From assembly GCA_951406725.2 (NCBI GenBank), contig OX597815.1:203794001-203858000 (forward strand): a stretch of 64,000 bases of DNA, given 5' to 3'. Positions within the stretch are counted from its first letter, which is position 1. The number at the start of each line of letters is the position of its first letter. The position numbers and the translations under genes are program-made. Below the pieces are notes generated by a model. The model saw nothing but the letters and a program-made list of their open reading frames with translations, did not search any database and was not told the origin of the DNA. Source of the stretch: Octopus vulgaris (Eukaryota). Shown piece by piece: positions 26,183-40,589 of the stretch.

Positions 26183-27559
26183 TCAGGTCATCCCATAAAT
26201 TCTGTTCGAATTTTGAATAAAGAAAACATGTGATCAAATGTTATATTTAATTTGAATTTAATCATCAATGTACCTTGCCTGATTATCTATGACTTCCTTC
26301 CATCTATTTACAAGCTTTTTAATCCCATCAATATAAAACTCTTTTGGTTTCAAAGCGAAGAACTCTGAAATGTGAGTTTCGACCTCCTCCTACCTTGCGA
26401 AAGTTATGTCCCCCAAATCATTCTGTAAACTACGAAACAAATGGTAATCTGAAGGAGCGAGCAAGGCTGGGAGAATAAGGTGGATGAGGAATTTTTTTCC
26501 CAACGAAGCTCTTCGATCTTCTGTGATGTGATCTTTGCAATGTGGGGTTGCGCATTGTCCTGATGAAACATCACTCCATTTCAATTCACTAAAGCGGGTA
26601 TTTTTTCTTCAAAGCTCGGTTCAAACGCTCTAATTGCTGACAGTAGACTTGAGCATTGATTGTTAATCCCACCAGATAGAGAGAAGAACCTTTTTGTCAT
26701 GAAATTCCCTTCTCGGTTGTGGTTGAGCTTTATCCCTTTTACCAAGCCACTGTTTACGACGTTTACCATTTCGATAGAAGATCCATTTTTCGTCACCAGT
26801 CACAAGTCTGTCCAAATGCATAAAAATAAGGTTTAATTCCATTAGACATTTTAAAATACTATTAAATTTCATTCAATTTTAAATAAGGTAAAATTGGACA
26901 GAACTTATGGGATGACCTGATATATCATTAGTACATACGCACCCACATATTATATGTTCGCGAGAATGGAGAGAAGAGCAGATGTCAGCTCGGGATTTGC
27001 GGTTGCTTTCGGACAATTCATGATGCACCCATTTTCCAACTTGAGGAACTTTTCCAAGTTGTTGAAGATGACGACGAACAGTTGCATGGTTTGAACTAAG
27101 CTTTATTGCCAATTCTTCAACTGATAATGCAGGATTTTCTTCAAGTAATGCCTCAAGGAGCTTAACATCAAACTCAACTGGAAGTCCTGTTCGATCTTCA
27201 TCTTCAAGGCTGAAATCTCCACCTCTGAGTTTTACAAAGCATCTTCTGCAAGTTCTTTCATTCAAGCATTCTTTCCCATAAAGTGAGTGTATGCTTCAAG
27301 TCACTTCGGCTACAGAGTTTCCTTTATGTACTCATAAAGCATTATGTGTCTTAAATTCTGTTTGGATACTTCCATGTTAGAAAGGGTTTTAATCAAAGAA
27401 ATTTTAATTCTATTAATCTGTAAAATAATATTTCATTAGTTTAAACGTACATAAATGCATAAAAATAAGTTTTAATTCCATTAGACACTCTAAAATACTA
27501 TTAAATTTCATTCAATTTTAAAAAAGGTAAAATTGGACAGAACTTATGGGATGAAATGA
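26183..27559 (-). mobile_element. Mariner (DD34D) transposon, inactivated
   Basis: TIRs TCAGGTCATCCCATAA.TTCTGT flanked by TA; motifs GKWVHHEL, LVTGDEKW, FHQDNAQPH, LAPSDYHLF; frameshifts. Confidence 0.93.
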
Positions 27560-28744
27560 TATATCATTAGCACATACACACGCACATAACATATGCTCAC
27601 ATACATATATATATACGTATATATACACACATATAATAAATATTTTGAGAATGATTTATATTAGATGCTATGAATCATTGTTTATTTAAATTTCTGTTGA
27701 AGACTTAAGTAAGGTGTTCAGTGAAATTTGAACGAAAGCTTATTATACTTGACAGCTTCCCCGGTTTCGCTTCCCGGTTTCATTTACGTCAGTAATAAAG
27801 TTGAGAAAAATATAGACGTCACAGCGTCCTCTTACCGTATCTTTTAGAAACTGTGAGCGCTTTATACTTTCGTATGAAAAGGTTAAGTACATAATTATGC
27901 AGATAGTGAATATATGAATACACAAAACTATATACGTGCAGGAAGCCAGGCAAACAGACAGGCACGTGTAGGAGTGTGTAATGTAGGTTGGCGTTGGGGA
28001 ATTCCTAACTTGTAATCATGATAATATACATATTTGCGTAAATGTGTGTGTATGTGTGTGTGTCTGTGTCTATGTATGCGTGCGTGTATGTTTGGGTTGG
28101 TTTGAATGCGAAGTACTCAAGTGCCTACTGCAGGATGAAATACATGTGTGTATGATGCAAGTAATAATCAGTGTGAGAATAAATGCTTAAGTGTGTCAAG
28201 TAGTGAAGTGCTAGGTGTGACGATATCTATTTATCTACTCTTGTTGAAGAGGTAGACGAGATAGTATGTCAGTGGGCTACAAGAATTTTAATATTTTGTT
28301 TTGTTTTTCACGGCTCTGAGTACAAATTTCACTGAATTAACCCATTTTCTGAACTTCCGGTACCGTTAAATTAATGGTCATAATGCATCCTTGTCAACGA
28401 AAAAAAAAAAAAATCAGAAGTAGAACTCGTAAAGGTAAAAAGAGTGTTTATTCTTAATAAATTTAACATCCCATCAATATATATATGTATGTGTGTGTAT
28501 GTGTGTGTATAAATGCACACACACACACATACACACACACACACATATATATTTATATATACAATACACACACACACACACATATATATTTATATATACA
28601 ATACATACACACACACATATATATGTATGTATGTATGCTACTTTATTTGTTTCACTACGCGACATGCAGTCATGCTGGAGCACCACCGTCATTTTTTTTG
28701 TCTTTGCTTTTACTTATCATTGTAAATGATGGTAAAGGATGGTA

Positions 28745-28960
28745 GGATTCCTTACCAACACACCTGCATGTGCTTTTTCCCTTCGTTGTGGCTCATTTGG
28801 TGTATGAACAAGGTTGAGAATGCTGCCCTCATCTGCATCTGACTCCGGGCCGTTGGTTCTCTCGGTATTGTGGATAGCAGAATGTCCAATTCCTTTTTAC
28901 AGACAACCGGACAACCTGACTAGGTTTCCTAATTATTCGTTTGCAAGTCCTTTGGGACTT
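28745..28960 (-). mobile_element. CR1-like LINE 3' relic
   Basis: Reads SGCPVVCKKELDILLSTIPREPTARSQMQMRAAFSTLFIHQM, similar to the FK..LD..L..IPDEP...RAA.SNSL terminus. Confidence 0.6.
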
Positions 28961-29139
28961 TGAACGTTAAGCAATTTATGTATATATACAGACATACACA
29001 CACGCATACACACACAAGCACACACGCACACATACATACATACATACATACATACATACATACATACATACATACACGCACACACACACATACATACATA
29101 CATACATACATACATACATACATACATACATACATACAT

Positions 29140-29176
<37 letters not shown>

Positions 29177-30208
29177 GTTAATACCTTACTGGACTCAAAT
29201 CTCTTTTTCTCATAAGGATAAATATGAATCTCCTAGATTCTATTCTGCTATTTCCCTTCTCAAATTCTTTGTAAAAATGTTGCTTATATTTCTTGCACTG
29301 AAGAGTACATTGATATATAATTAATGCGATTTAATTAATTTGATTTAATTCCATTCAGTCATGAATTTTATTATTTGTATATCTCTGTACGAAACGATCA
29401 ACTGGATGAATTATAATTCTCTCATATATTTTATCAATTTCTCTTCTCTATTTTTAACTAAATTGTTGAGTTTTATGGTATTTCTTTCCATAAATTCACA
29501 ACATATCATATACAAGAATTATTCTCATATTCACAAATTTACACCTGTAAACTACCAGAAAAATATGAAGCATCAATATTAGATATCGTTTTTGGAAACC
29601 TTCAAATTAAAGGACGAAACTAAATTTAACCTTTTTACACCAGTATATATATAATATATACATACATACTTACATATATATAGACAGATAAAATTTACTC
29701 GGAAGATGATTGTGGCGTTCAATGATATAATAATATAAATAATACATCACAAAAGACACAATTTGAAAACAAAACAAACGACATAAAGAACGACCCTTTA
29801 TCAGTTGTTGGCTGTTTTTCTAGTCTCGTTTTTCGAGCATTTAACAACAATGTACGCTTTTGATAAAACAGTTGCTCCAGCAAAGCAATTTAAATAAAAT
29901 TTGGGATTTTGAGGATGGTCAAAATAAGTCACACAAACAGGACAGTGAAAACTAACAGGAAATGCTGCTAAGCCTAAACGAGGTTGTAGTGGCGAACGCA
30001 TAAATCAAGCTAGGACAGGAGACAAACAAGAACACATCTTCCTTGTTACTGCTACAACAGAGAGAAAGAAAGAAAGATGGCCGAGAATCACGTTAAGTGT
30101 ACGCGTGTCTGTGGAGTACTCAGCCACTTGCACGTTAATCTCACGAGCAGGCTGTTCCGTTGATCGGATAAGCTGGAAGTCTCGTCGTCGTATCAGCACG
30201 ATATATAT

Positions 30209-30594
30209 GGATGGAAGCACTCCGTCGGTTACGACGATGAGGGTTCCGGTTGATCCGAATCAACGGATCAGCCTGCTCGTGAAATTAACGTGTAAGTGGC
30301 TGAGCACTCCACAGACACCTGCACCCTTAACGTATTTCTCGGGGATATTCAGCGTGACACAGAGAGTGACAAGGCCGGCCCCTTGAAATACAGGTACAAC
30401 AGAAACAGGAAGTAAGAGTGAGAGAAAGTTGTGGTGAAAGAGTACAGCAGGGATCACCACCATCCCCTGCCGGAGCCTCGTGGAGCTTTATGTGTTTTCG
30501 CTCAATAAGCACTCACAACGCCCGGTCTGGGAATCGAAACCGCGATCCTATTACCGCGAGTCCGCTGCCCTAACCACTGGGCCATTGCGCCTCC
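30209..30594 (-). mobile_element. tRNA-derived SINE, family 2, full length
   Basis: A/B boxes; TSD CACGATATATAT on both sides; a partial tail duplicate lies at ~30082-30192. Confidence 0.92.
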
Positions 30595-30706
30595 ACACGA
30601 TATATATACATATATTTGTACATACATATACACATACACACATACATACATATATATAAATACACACACTCATATATATGTATGCGTGCATGTAAATGTG
30701 TAATGG

Positions 30707-30822
30707 GACCGCGTGTGTACCGTTGGCGATGTTTTCCTCAGTCTTCCCCTCCTTGGATCTTTCCTTTTCTTATGTTTCTGACGAAGAGGTCCGCTCGAAA
30801 TGATAAATCCCCCTTCTTTCTT
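30707..30822 (+). mobile_element. Hammerhead-bearing short element, family A', partial
   Basis: Homologous to 42481-42675; motif GUUU-CUGACGA-A-GAG-guccg-CUC-GAAA-UG-AU-AAAU at 30774-30808 (canonical core, damaged stem III). Confidence 0.7.
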
Positions 30823-31101
30823 TAGAAGCCCATTTTACGATCTTCAGTCGTTTATACCATATTTAAAAAAAATATAAATTACTATAAAATATATTTACCC
30901 TCATTTATTCACATTAGTTTGTAACGCATGTATTCAATATATTGAAAACAATAAAAGAGGGAGAAGAAACAAACTTCATCTACGTTCAAGCACGCTTTCT
31001 AATCTGTCGCTGGGCCGATAGGGGCAAATTATGATTTTAATTTTATTTTTAAAACCAACGGCCATTCAATACGCATGGAGTTCGATTTAACTGCTCTTTC
31101 T

Positions 31102-31141
<40 letters not shown>

Positions 31142-32148
31142 ATATATATCTATATATATATATATACACACACACATACATAATTTGCCGCTACATAAAT
31201 TCCTCATTTATAAAAGCTATTTCTGCGTCTAGATGTATCACAGTTACAAAATGTCAGTTGAGAATACTTCCATATGAGAAGAGGAGATGTTGATGGGAAT
31301 CCAGAAACTGACCTGCCATTAAGGAAAAGGACGACTTATTTTTAGGGCACATGTGTTTCTGCTTCAACATACGTCGTCAGCATGGCACATGGCCTCACGA
31401 ATCTCCATTATCCAAGGGACATAAACTCCTAATAAACGGTACATTGTCTATGGGCGATGATAGTTTTGTTATATGAAGATTTTAATCTGTATCTAATTTA
31501 TTATGTCTCTTAAACACACGTTATTTGTCTCTCTTGTTTATAAACACACTTCAAAAGACCCGCACAATTTGTTGAGCGAAATATTTCTTTAACATAAAGA
31601 TGTAAAAAACTTTTATCAAAGAGCATGGAGTATCAGTAAACCACTTCAGTCTTTCATTACTCTCTTTGGATACAAAAGAAAAACTATGTAGAAAACAGCT
31701 GCTATGCAGATATGAAGATTTCTCTGAAAATCAATTTAAAAAATGTATTTACAGAAAACTACTACCAAATCGATAGCTTTTTGCCCTAATTAAAAATTCA
31801 GTTTCACCAATAATGGCCACCAATAACGGCCACCAATTTCAAGGAGGGTAAAAAGTTGATTATACCGACTAATACTTTAATGATACTTTATTGTATCGAT
31901 CTCAGAATATAAATAGCCGGAACATATTAAATCTCTCTTCAGCCGCAAACATTGTTATTCCAAGAGTTACATCACATTGTTATTCCAAAGAGTTACATCA
32001 CAATATACATATTATTTAATTGGACGTGACACATCCATTTCCAAGTAAGTTTATCTTCACCTTTTTGATCCGACTGTATAATGTTTTCTTCCTCCATCCG
32101 TCTCAAATTCTATTTCTCCTTCTCCCTCTTTCACAATATTCTCTATCT

Positions 32149-32203
<55 letters not shown>

Positions 32204-32869
32204 CCACTTTCTCTTTACTTCTCTGTCGCTACTTGCACATTACCATCGTCCATCTTTCTTTGCCTCACGTAAGCAGCCGTCTTTTCCTGCACGGACATTC
32301 AATAGGCTGGACGTTTTTCCTCCCTCTCTTATATCTTTTCTCTTTACAAAGAAAATATTTCTCCCAGCGCTCACTATTTTCCTCCCATTTTGGTCTAACG
32401 ACTCTCCATGTTTGTTTTCCCTCGATTTCTTTGCATGTCTTCAGTGTCCTCTTTTTGTTCCCAACTATGACCCCCCCCCCCGTAAATCCTAAATTTTATT
32501 TTAGAAATTATGGGAGCAACTGTCTTTGAAGACTCTTATTGTCGTTGAATGTTCGAAATAAGGAGTAGACAGACAGCCGACTGCGTGGATGCCGAGAGGA
32601 AGAAGAGAGAGAGCTGAAGATACAAGAAGAGGTGAAGTCCGTTCAAGGACATGCCCATGCTGTCAGTTGTTCTGAGTGGCGCTTGGAGGAAGGCAATCAA
32701 TCGGGAAGTCTGGAGGTTTCATTGTCAGTTGTGCTAAGGCACCCGCCCCACACAGACACAACCACACAGACACAAACTCACACATACACACATACACACA
32801 CACATACACACACTATGTTTGCATTACGCACACCGACATATCTAACTAGTTGATATCTAAATTTTAAGA

Positions 32870-33105
32870 GAACCGATGCTAAGTGACTAAGACGTAAACA
32901 AACTAGCACCGGTAGTCTATCTGTGTAGGGGACAAATGGAAACACTCGCACACACATGCACATACACACATTGACACGCACATATACAACGCCAAGCTTC
33001 CTTAAGTGTCCGTCTACCAAATCCACTGCTATAGCAGAAGACATATGCCCAAGATACCACAAGATAGGGTCTGAACCCGGAATCATGTGGTTAGGAAGCA
33101 AGGTT
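32870..33105 (-). mobile_element. SINE family 3 (degenerate)
   Basis: CCGTCTACCAAATCCACT...CTATAGCAGAAGAC...TGAACCCGGAATCATGTGGTT matches 37363-37770. Confidence 0.7.
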
Positions 33106-33436
33106 TTTTTTTTTATCAAAAAGGAATTCTCAAACATAATCAATGTGACATAATGTGACTAAATTGAATTTATGTATCACGTGCGAAACCATCCGAGATG
33201 CTTTCATATCATTTACTTCTACTCAGTTTTTTCACAATGCTAGAATTGGACAGATATCATGTAGTGGTATCCGTCATATGTTCTCATGATTGCAAAGCAA
33301 TCTCTTTAGCCACCCACCACAAACTACGTCCAACCACAAGTTCATATAAATACACACACACACACACACTCATCTATATATACATGCACACATACTCATA
33401 TATAGGCGTATGTATGTATATATGTATGTATATGTA

Positions 33437-33470
<34 letters not shown>

Positions 33471-33472
<2 letters not shown>

Positions 33473-33654
33473 ACGGGAAGGTTTACGAAAATAAACAAAA
33501 GACGAAGGCAGGTGGAGTACAAACAAACAAATGTATTAGTATGGCGCTCAGGAATAGAAATAGAACAAGTCTTTTACGTTTCGAGCCTACGATCTTCGAC
33601 AGAAAGATACACAGAAAGGAAACAAGGAGAGAAAAAAATGCGTGTAGGAGCTAA

Positions 33655-33657
<3 letters not shown>
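33471..33657 (-). mobile_element. Hammerhead-bearing short element, family A, between (TA)n tracts
   Basis: ~187 bp with (TA)n on both sides; motif UCUUU-CUGUCGA-A-GAUC-guag-GCUC-GAAA-CG-UA-AAAGA at ~33570-33607. Confidence 0.78.
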
Positions 33658-33688
<31 letters not shown>

Positions 33689-33693
<5 letters not shown>

Positions 33694-33939
33694 GGAAATG
33701 AAGAAAATGCTGACAAATAATTGAAGTAATTTAAGTAATTTAATTAGGTGAAAGTTCTTTTTACCGGTTGCGCATTTGTTATGCTTATCAAAATATTTTG
33801 ATAAGCATAACAAATGCGCAACCGGTAAAAAGAACTTTCACCTAATTAAATTACTTAAATTACTTCAATTATTTGTCAGCATTTTCTTCATTTCCTTTTT
33901 TATATATCACCACTCGTGTTCGACATCTCCTCCTTTTTT

Positions 33940-33940
<1 letters not shown>
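33689..33940 (+). mobile_element. Perfect 212-bp palindrome plus tail, with hammerhead-like motif at the axis
   Basis: 33689-33900 is a spacer-less perfect palindrome (axis 33794/33795). 33798-33827 reads UUGAUAA-GCAU-aacaa-AUGC-GCAA-CCGG-UA. Confidence 0.75.
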
Positions 33941-34427
<487 letters not shown>

Positions 34428-34913
34428 ACAGACACACATAATTACACACATACACACTTACATACATGCACACGCCCCACTAGATGTGTCCGTACATGCA
34501 TGCTTAGAAGCATACGTACGCACGTAAAAACATATACAGCTGCTAGGAGAGGTCTTGACACAAATAAGGAATATCGTCACTTTTGGTGACCGATTTGCTT
34601 CTACTGAAAATAGATAAATGTGAAGAACACAAGAAGAAACACACGCATAAGCACATGCACACATACATATATGCATACACGTTAAACATCCACTTGCTAT
34701 ACATACATAAAGCTATAACAATGTATATTAGGTATATATTGTATATCTCTTTATGACTCTCTCCCATCTCGTTCACTGTTTGTATGTGAATTTGTATGTA
34801 TGTATATATATATATATATATATGTAATATACATATATTCAAATATTTATGTGCATGAATGTGTATACTTATATATGTATATATATATATGTATATATAT
34901 ATATATACATATT

Positions 34914-34964
<51 letters not shown>

Positions 34965-35217
34965 ATGCATGTATGTATATTTGTTTGCATATGTGTGTTT
35001 CAGCGTGTCCGTGCAACTGGGCCGTGTGTGAACGAACCTGTGTCTGCGTGTGAGTGAGTGTGTGTGTGTGTGTGTGTGTGCGTGTGTGTGTGCGTGTGTG
35101 TGTGTTTGAGTGAGAATGTGTTTGCTCATTATTTGTGGGTAGTCCTTCTGCTTCGACTCTCTTTGCATAGTGAAAATACACAGGCTTATAAATAAATACA
35201 TCTCTTATACGTATATA

Positions 35218-35279
<62 letters not shown>

Positions 35280-35852
35280 CATATATACATACATACATAC
35301 ATACACAGTCACATTCTTGGTTGTATGATGATTGTCAGGGTATTTCTGGCAGCTTGTCTTAATAGTTATTTCGTGGCCTGGACAACAAACACTTTTATCA
35401 CATTTATTATATTTAGTCCTGACAAGTGACAGATATGCCAAATGGCGGAATGAAGCTCATAAAAATTGTTTGCAGGTTACTATAGACAAAAAGGAAATAA
35501 CAAATGAGAAACAAAGCAGAAGGAAAAACAAACAACATAAAAAAGAAACAATTGTTCAGATCCATTCCAATGAAAATATCTATAAATGATAAAATATATA
35601 TAACATAGTTGCGAAGAAGCATTTGGGTAAAGTCAATTGTTTATATAAAAATGTCACAGGATTAAGACTTCTCTAGTAAGTGAAACACAAACCTCTTATA
35701 TTTCAGTCGAAAATTTGAAAATTATTTGTATGAGAAAAGAAATCCTTGGCTTAAGATGTTTCTCATATCTTGTGTTTTACAAGTAGACACACGTAAAGCA
35801 ACACACGGAGTTGCGCCCGCACATGCACAGGCACACATACACACACAAACAT

Positions 35853-35912
<60 letters not shown>

Positions 35913-36002
35913 AAATTAGAGACAAACATATTATGCAAATCAAACAAAGAAAGACAGCCAATACATAAAATAATTTATATATATTAAAATTTAACAATGA
36001 AC

Positions 36003-36052
36003 AACCACTACGATCGTTTCGTGTCAGCACATTTAGACATTTTCAGGTGGTT
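36003..36052 (-). ncRNA. Hammerhead motif (G8 lost)
   Basis: AACCAC-CUGAAAA-UGUC-uaaaugugcu-GACAC-GAAA-CGAUCG-UA-GUGGUU; perfect 6-bp stem I, palindromic stem III. Confidence 0.7.
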
Positions 36053-36108
36053 TCAAAACTTAGCGAGTTTTAAATTATGAACTCATAATTTAAAACTCGC
36101 TAAGAATG

Positions 36109-36154
36109 CTGAAGAATGTCTAAGATGTGCTGACACGAAACGATCGTAGTGGTT
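36109..36154 (+). ncRNA. Hammerhead motif (intact core, 5' strand of stem I lost)
   Basis: CUGAAGA-AUGUC-uaagaugugcu-GACAC-GAAA-CGAUCG-UA-GUGGUU. Confidence 0.72.
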
Positions 36155-36324
36155 GTTCATTGTTAAATTTTAAATATATAAATTATTTTATGTATTTAAG
36201 TCTTTCTTTGTTTGATTTGCATAAAGTGGTTTTGTCTCTAATTTATTATAATATAATATTTTATATAAAATTGGATTCAATCTTAAATCTGATTTTTCCT
36301 TGTAAATTTGGATTTATTCCCTAA

Positions 36325-36411
<87 letters not shown>

Positions 36412-37055
36412 CATAAATATATATGTGTGTATGTGTGCATTTATATATATATATGTGTGTGGTATATATATATATATATATGGGTGGAGGTGTGTGAGTG
36501 TCTATGTAAGCGTGTGTACAGAGAAATACAGATATATGAAATTCCACTTATATATATACATACATGTATATATGTTAATATATATATATCAAACTAAGCA
36601 ACAGATAACAAGTAGAGATGTAGTACGACCGTTTCAAGCGGCTCCATTTAATTGAACAATGCAACGATTACATCAATTTAAATGCGGTGTCATATTCAGC
36701 TGCACTACTCCTAATGTCTTATTTCCTCCCTGGAGAAAGGGGATACAAATGATAATATTTATGACCATACATAGCCATGAGCTGTCACCTCACTCTTGTC
36801 CTTTATTCAATATAGACATACTCTTCTAGTCTTAGATTTAGTACTTGATAAAGAGATAAATGAATTAGAAATGAATTACAACGCTATGAACCCACTATAT
36901 TCCATGCGATTCATAGAAGTTGAAATCTATTCTTAGCTACAATAGCGACAACAGGAATTTCTTCCATTTTCTTGCAGTCAGTCCCTTAGAAATGTTGCAT
37001 CGCAGTTACTATTTGTCTTTTATTCGATCTGGCTTTATATTTGTTTTGAGGATTT

Positions 37056-37920
37056 CTAATTCCAAAAGATTTTGTGTCTGGGTAAACATTCACGAGCCCG
37101 TATCCAGAATAAAGCAACCTTACTAATTAGCTTGAACTCAGTCTTGCCCACAAAAATTTCTTCTCCCTCAATCTTTTCTACATCTGTTATGATGGCCTTT
37201 GATCCTCGAATTGATAGACTCATGCCATTTCGAACCAAGCATCCCCGACTCATTGATATGTCCGTTCATCACAATTGTTGCATTAATACCCACATCACAA
37301 TCCCGGCACAAATCTCTAGACTCAGTCCTACTTACTCATTCGCCACCCTTGTAGAATTCCATCTTTTACTCTTTTACTTGTTTTAGTCATTTGACTGCGG
37401 CCATGCTGGAGCACCGCCTTTAGTCGAGCAAATCGACCCCAGGACTTATTCTTTGTAAGCCTAGTACTTATTCTATCGGTCTCTTTTGCCGAACCGCTAA
37501 GTGACGGGGACGTAAACACACCAGCATCGGTTGTCAAGCAATGCTAGGGGGACAAACACAGACACACAAATATACGCACACACACACATATATATATATA
37601 CATATATACGACGGGCTTCTTTCAGTTTCCGTCTACTAAATCCACTCACAAGGCTTTGGTTGGCCCGAGGCTATAGTAGAAGACACTTGCCCAAGATGCC
37701 ACGCAGTGGGACTAAACCCGGAACCATGTGGTTGGTAAGCAAGCTACTTACCACACAGCCACTCCTGCGCTCATCCTTGGTTATATTTTTCCATGCAATC
37801 TGCGAATTACAACTGTTCAACAGGAACTTTTGATCTCATCGTTCTGGAAGTGTCTGCATATACCATGATCACTGTCACTTCCCCAACACCAATCCAATCT
37901 AACAGTCTATATCCACGCAT
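37056..37920 (-). mobile_element. Old LINE AP-endonuclease relic split by a SINE
   Basis: Minus strand reads VGEVTVIMVYA... and ...ARECLPRHKI, faintly matching RTE-type endonuclease motifs; continuous across the SINE. Confidence 0.35.
37363..37770 (-). mobile_element. tRNA-derived SINE, family 3, full length
   Basis: Head GCGCAGGAGTGGCTGTGTGGTAAG...GGTTTAGTCCC, internal (TA/TG)n, AAAAGAGT-type tail. Confidence 0.9.
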
Positions 37921-38062
37921 CTAAGACCAAAGCTTGTTAAACTCACGAATGACGTTCTGTATATTGTAGGAATAATTAGCCTCTATACGCAGTACGAATA
38001 TTTTAAAATTGACTAGTGTCTCATCAGTTACTTTAATGACATAGGTATATAGCACCGAAAAA

Positions 38063-38294
38063 GGCGGCGAGCTGGTAGAAACGTTAGCACGCCGGGCGAA
38101 ATTCGTAGCCGTATTTCGTCTGTCGTTACGTTCCGAGTTCAAGTTCCGCCGAGGTCGACTTTGCCTTTCATCCTTTCGGGGTCGATAAATTGAGTACCAG
38201 TTACGCACTGGGGGTCGATGTAATCGACTTAATCCCTTTGTCTGTCCTTGTTTGTCCCCTCTGTGTTTAGCCCCTTGTGGGTAGTAAAGAAATA
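38063..38294 (+). mobile_element. SINE family 1, full length
   Basis: 15-bp TSD TATATAGCACCGAAA at 38046-38060 and 38295-38309. Confidence 0.93.
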
Positions 38295-39883
38295 TATATA
38301 GCACCGAAAGTAAAGGGGAGTTCAAGGAGATTTGGCCAAACGACCGCATTGAAGGTCCCTTATGGAAAGGTGAATTAAACAATTTGTAATGTAAGTCTCG
38401 TTTCACTTTTGTTTAAATTTCACGATGGCACATATCTATGCAGCTTTGTTGCTAGGCTAAACGAAATACAAATCAACTTATTTCACGGTTTTGTTTTTTA
38501 ATACAGCTGTCCCAAGTAGAATGTTGTGTGATAGAAATAACGGATCAAACTATTTCGTTGATCAGGAATGAATGAAAGGTTATGGGAACTTCAGGATGAT
38601 GAGAACGAATTGAATATGAACGAAACTACTGAGAACAACTCGCTATTTTATCTCTTTACAAACTCGAAAGCTCATCTCAAATTTATAGAAGATAAATAAG
38701 ATTATTTGAGGATTTTCAAAGGAATTAGCAACGTAAGTTTTGTAAAAAAAAGAGTTCTACCATGATTGGAAAGACGATAACAGCCTTTTATATTTAACTC
38801 TGGAGCGCTCACCACAGCAATAACGATAATAATAATACTTCAGGAGAGTAATAACGAGTAAGAGATAAAGTATTCGAAACCATTATTCTTTTTCGTAACA
38901 CACAAGGTTGGATATCAATGATGACGTCTACAGCATTAACATCAACATCGGTAACACCACCACCATCAACGACAAGGAACAGCACAACAACAAAAACAAT
39001 AACAAATAAAAGAAACAATAGCAATTACAACAACAACAATGACGGCGGCATCAACTATATCACGATTGTATTAACTGCACGCACACTTTTTCCTTAGATC
39101 AAATCAAAAAGCCATTCTAAGGTTTCAAAACTGGAATGTTCAGTGGATTCATTTTGTGATACCAGTCCAAAAGATATAGCTTATAGCATTTCTACATATT
39201 CCTCTTCTCAATCCACCAACTAACCCACCATCCAGCCAGTCAACCAGCCAACCAACCAACCAACAAACCAACCAATCATTCTTTACTTTTCTCAACAATC
39301 ATACTAACGCATACACACAAACACATTAATAATTTAAGAGCTAATCAGTTCCGTAGGTAGTTAATAGTTAATTTACAGGCACAAAAATAAAATACGACAT
39401 TCACAGAAATTACATTATATAACTGCAGCTAAGCTATTCTGTAGAGCAATACTCCCACTGTTTGCATCTTTATTCAGTTACATTCTCATTTTATTTTAGA
39501 CTAAAATCAAAAAGTAATTGTATTTTATAAAGTTATGGCGATGGGCCGAACATTCATGAAAACATAAAACTTCTCGGCTATTATTTTACCTCGTAAAATA
39601 TTGCTTTCATTCGTTATGGCATATCACGCTAAAACGACTTAAAGTGAGGTAGGCACTGGAACCAAGAAAGAAAAACCAGCAATGTATGGGGGGAGAGGGA
39701 AGAGGGACGGCAGAAAGAAAGAAATGGGAAAGAGAAAAAGGAGGAGGTTGAGGAAAATATGCGACCAGTCGAAAACTGGATATACATATACATACATACA
39801 TACATACATACACGCACACACACACATATATATATATGTATGTATGCCTGTATGTATATATGTATATATATATATATATATAT

Positions 39884-40299
39884 ACTCTTTTACTCTTTTA
39901 CTTGTTTCAGTCATTTGACTGCGGCCATGCTGGAGCACCGCCTTTAGTCGAGCAAATCGACCCCGGGACTTATTCTTTTTGTAAGCCCAGTACTTATTCT
40001 ATCGTTCTTTTTTGCCGAACCGCTAAATGACGGGGACGTAAACACACCAGCATCGGTTGTCAAGCAATGCTAGGGGCCCAAACACAGACACACAAACACA
40101 CACACACACACATACATATATATACATATACATATATACGACAGGCTTCTTTCAGTTTCCGTCTACCAAATCCACTCACAAGGCATTGGTCGGCCCGGGG
40201 CTAGAGCAGAAGACACTTGCCCAAGATGCCAGGCAGTGGGATTGAACCCAGAACCATGTGGTTGGTTAGCAAGCTACTTACCACACAGCCACTCCTGCG

Positions 40300-40302
<3 letters not shown>
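39884..40302 (-). mobile_element. SINE family 3, full length
   Basis: Highly similar to 37363-37770. Confidence 0.9.
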
Positions 40303-40398
<96 letters not shown>

Positions 40399-40556
40399 TT
40401 CAGTCGATTAGATGTATAGATATATAGGTAACTAGATGGGTAGATTAACTAGGAAAGGAAACAGAAAAGGTGTAAATATTTAGATATTAAACACATTATA
40501 TCTGAGTATATGTGTGCGTCCCTGCATAAACATGTTTACGTATGTATGTATGTGTG

Positions 40557-40589
<33 letters not shown>

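Larger units (their letters stand above)
35905..36328 (+). mobile_element. Fold-back short element, family B, with two inverted hammerhead motifs
   Basis: Arms ~35905-36046 and 36109-36252, inner perfect hairpin 36059-36104, one-sided tail; (TA)n on both sides. Confidence 0.8.

Noticed and set aside
27745-28370. Promoter (ETS-like ACTTCCGG and TTACGTCA motifs)
   Set aside because: Short motifs expected by chance or from old DNA elements; no transcript evidence.
29690-30060. Hammerhead in a pLTR-like repeat (CTGATAAAGGG on the minus strand)
   Set aside because: No properly placed stem II, GAAA and stem III could be built.
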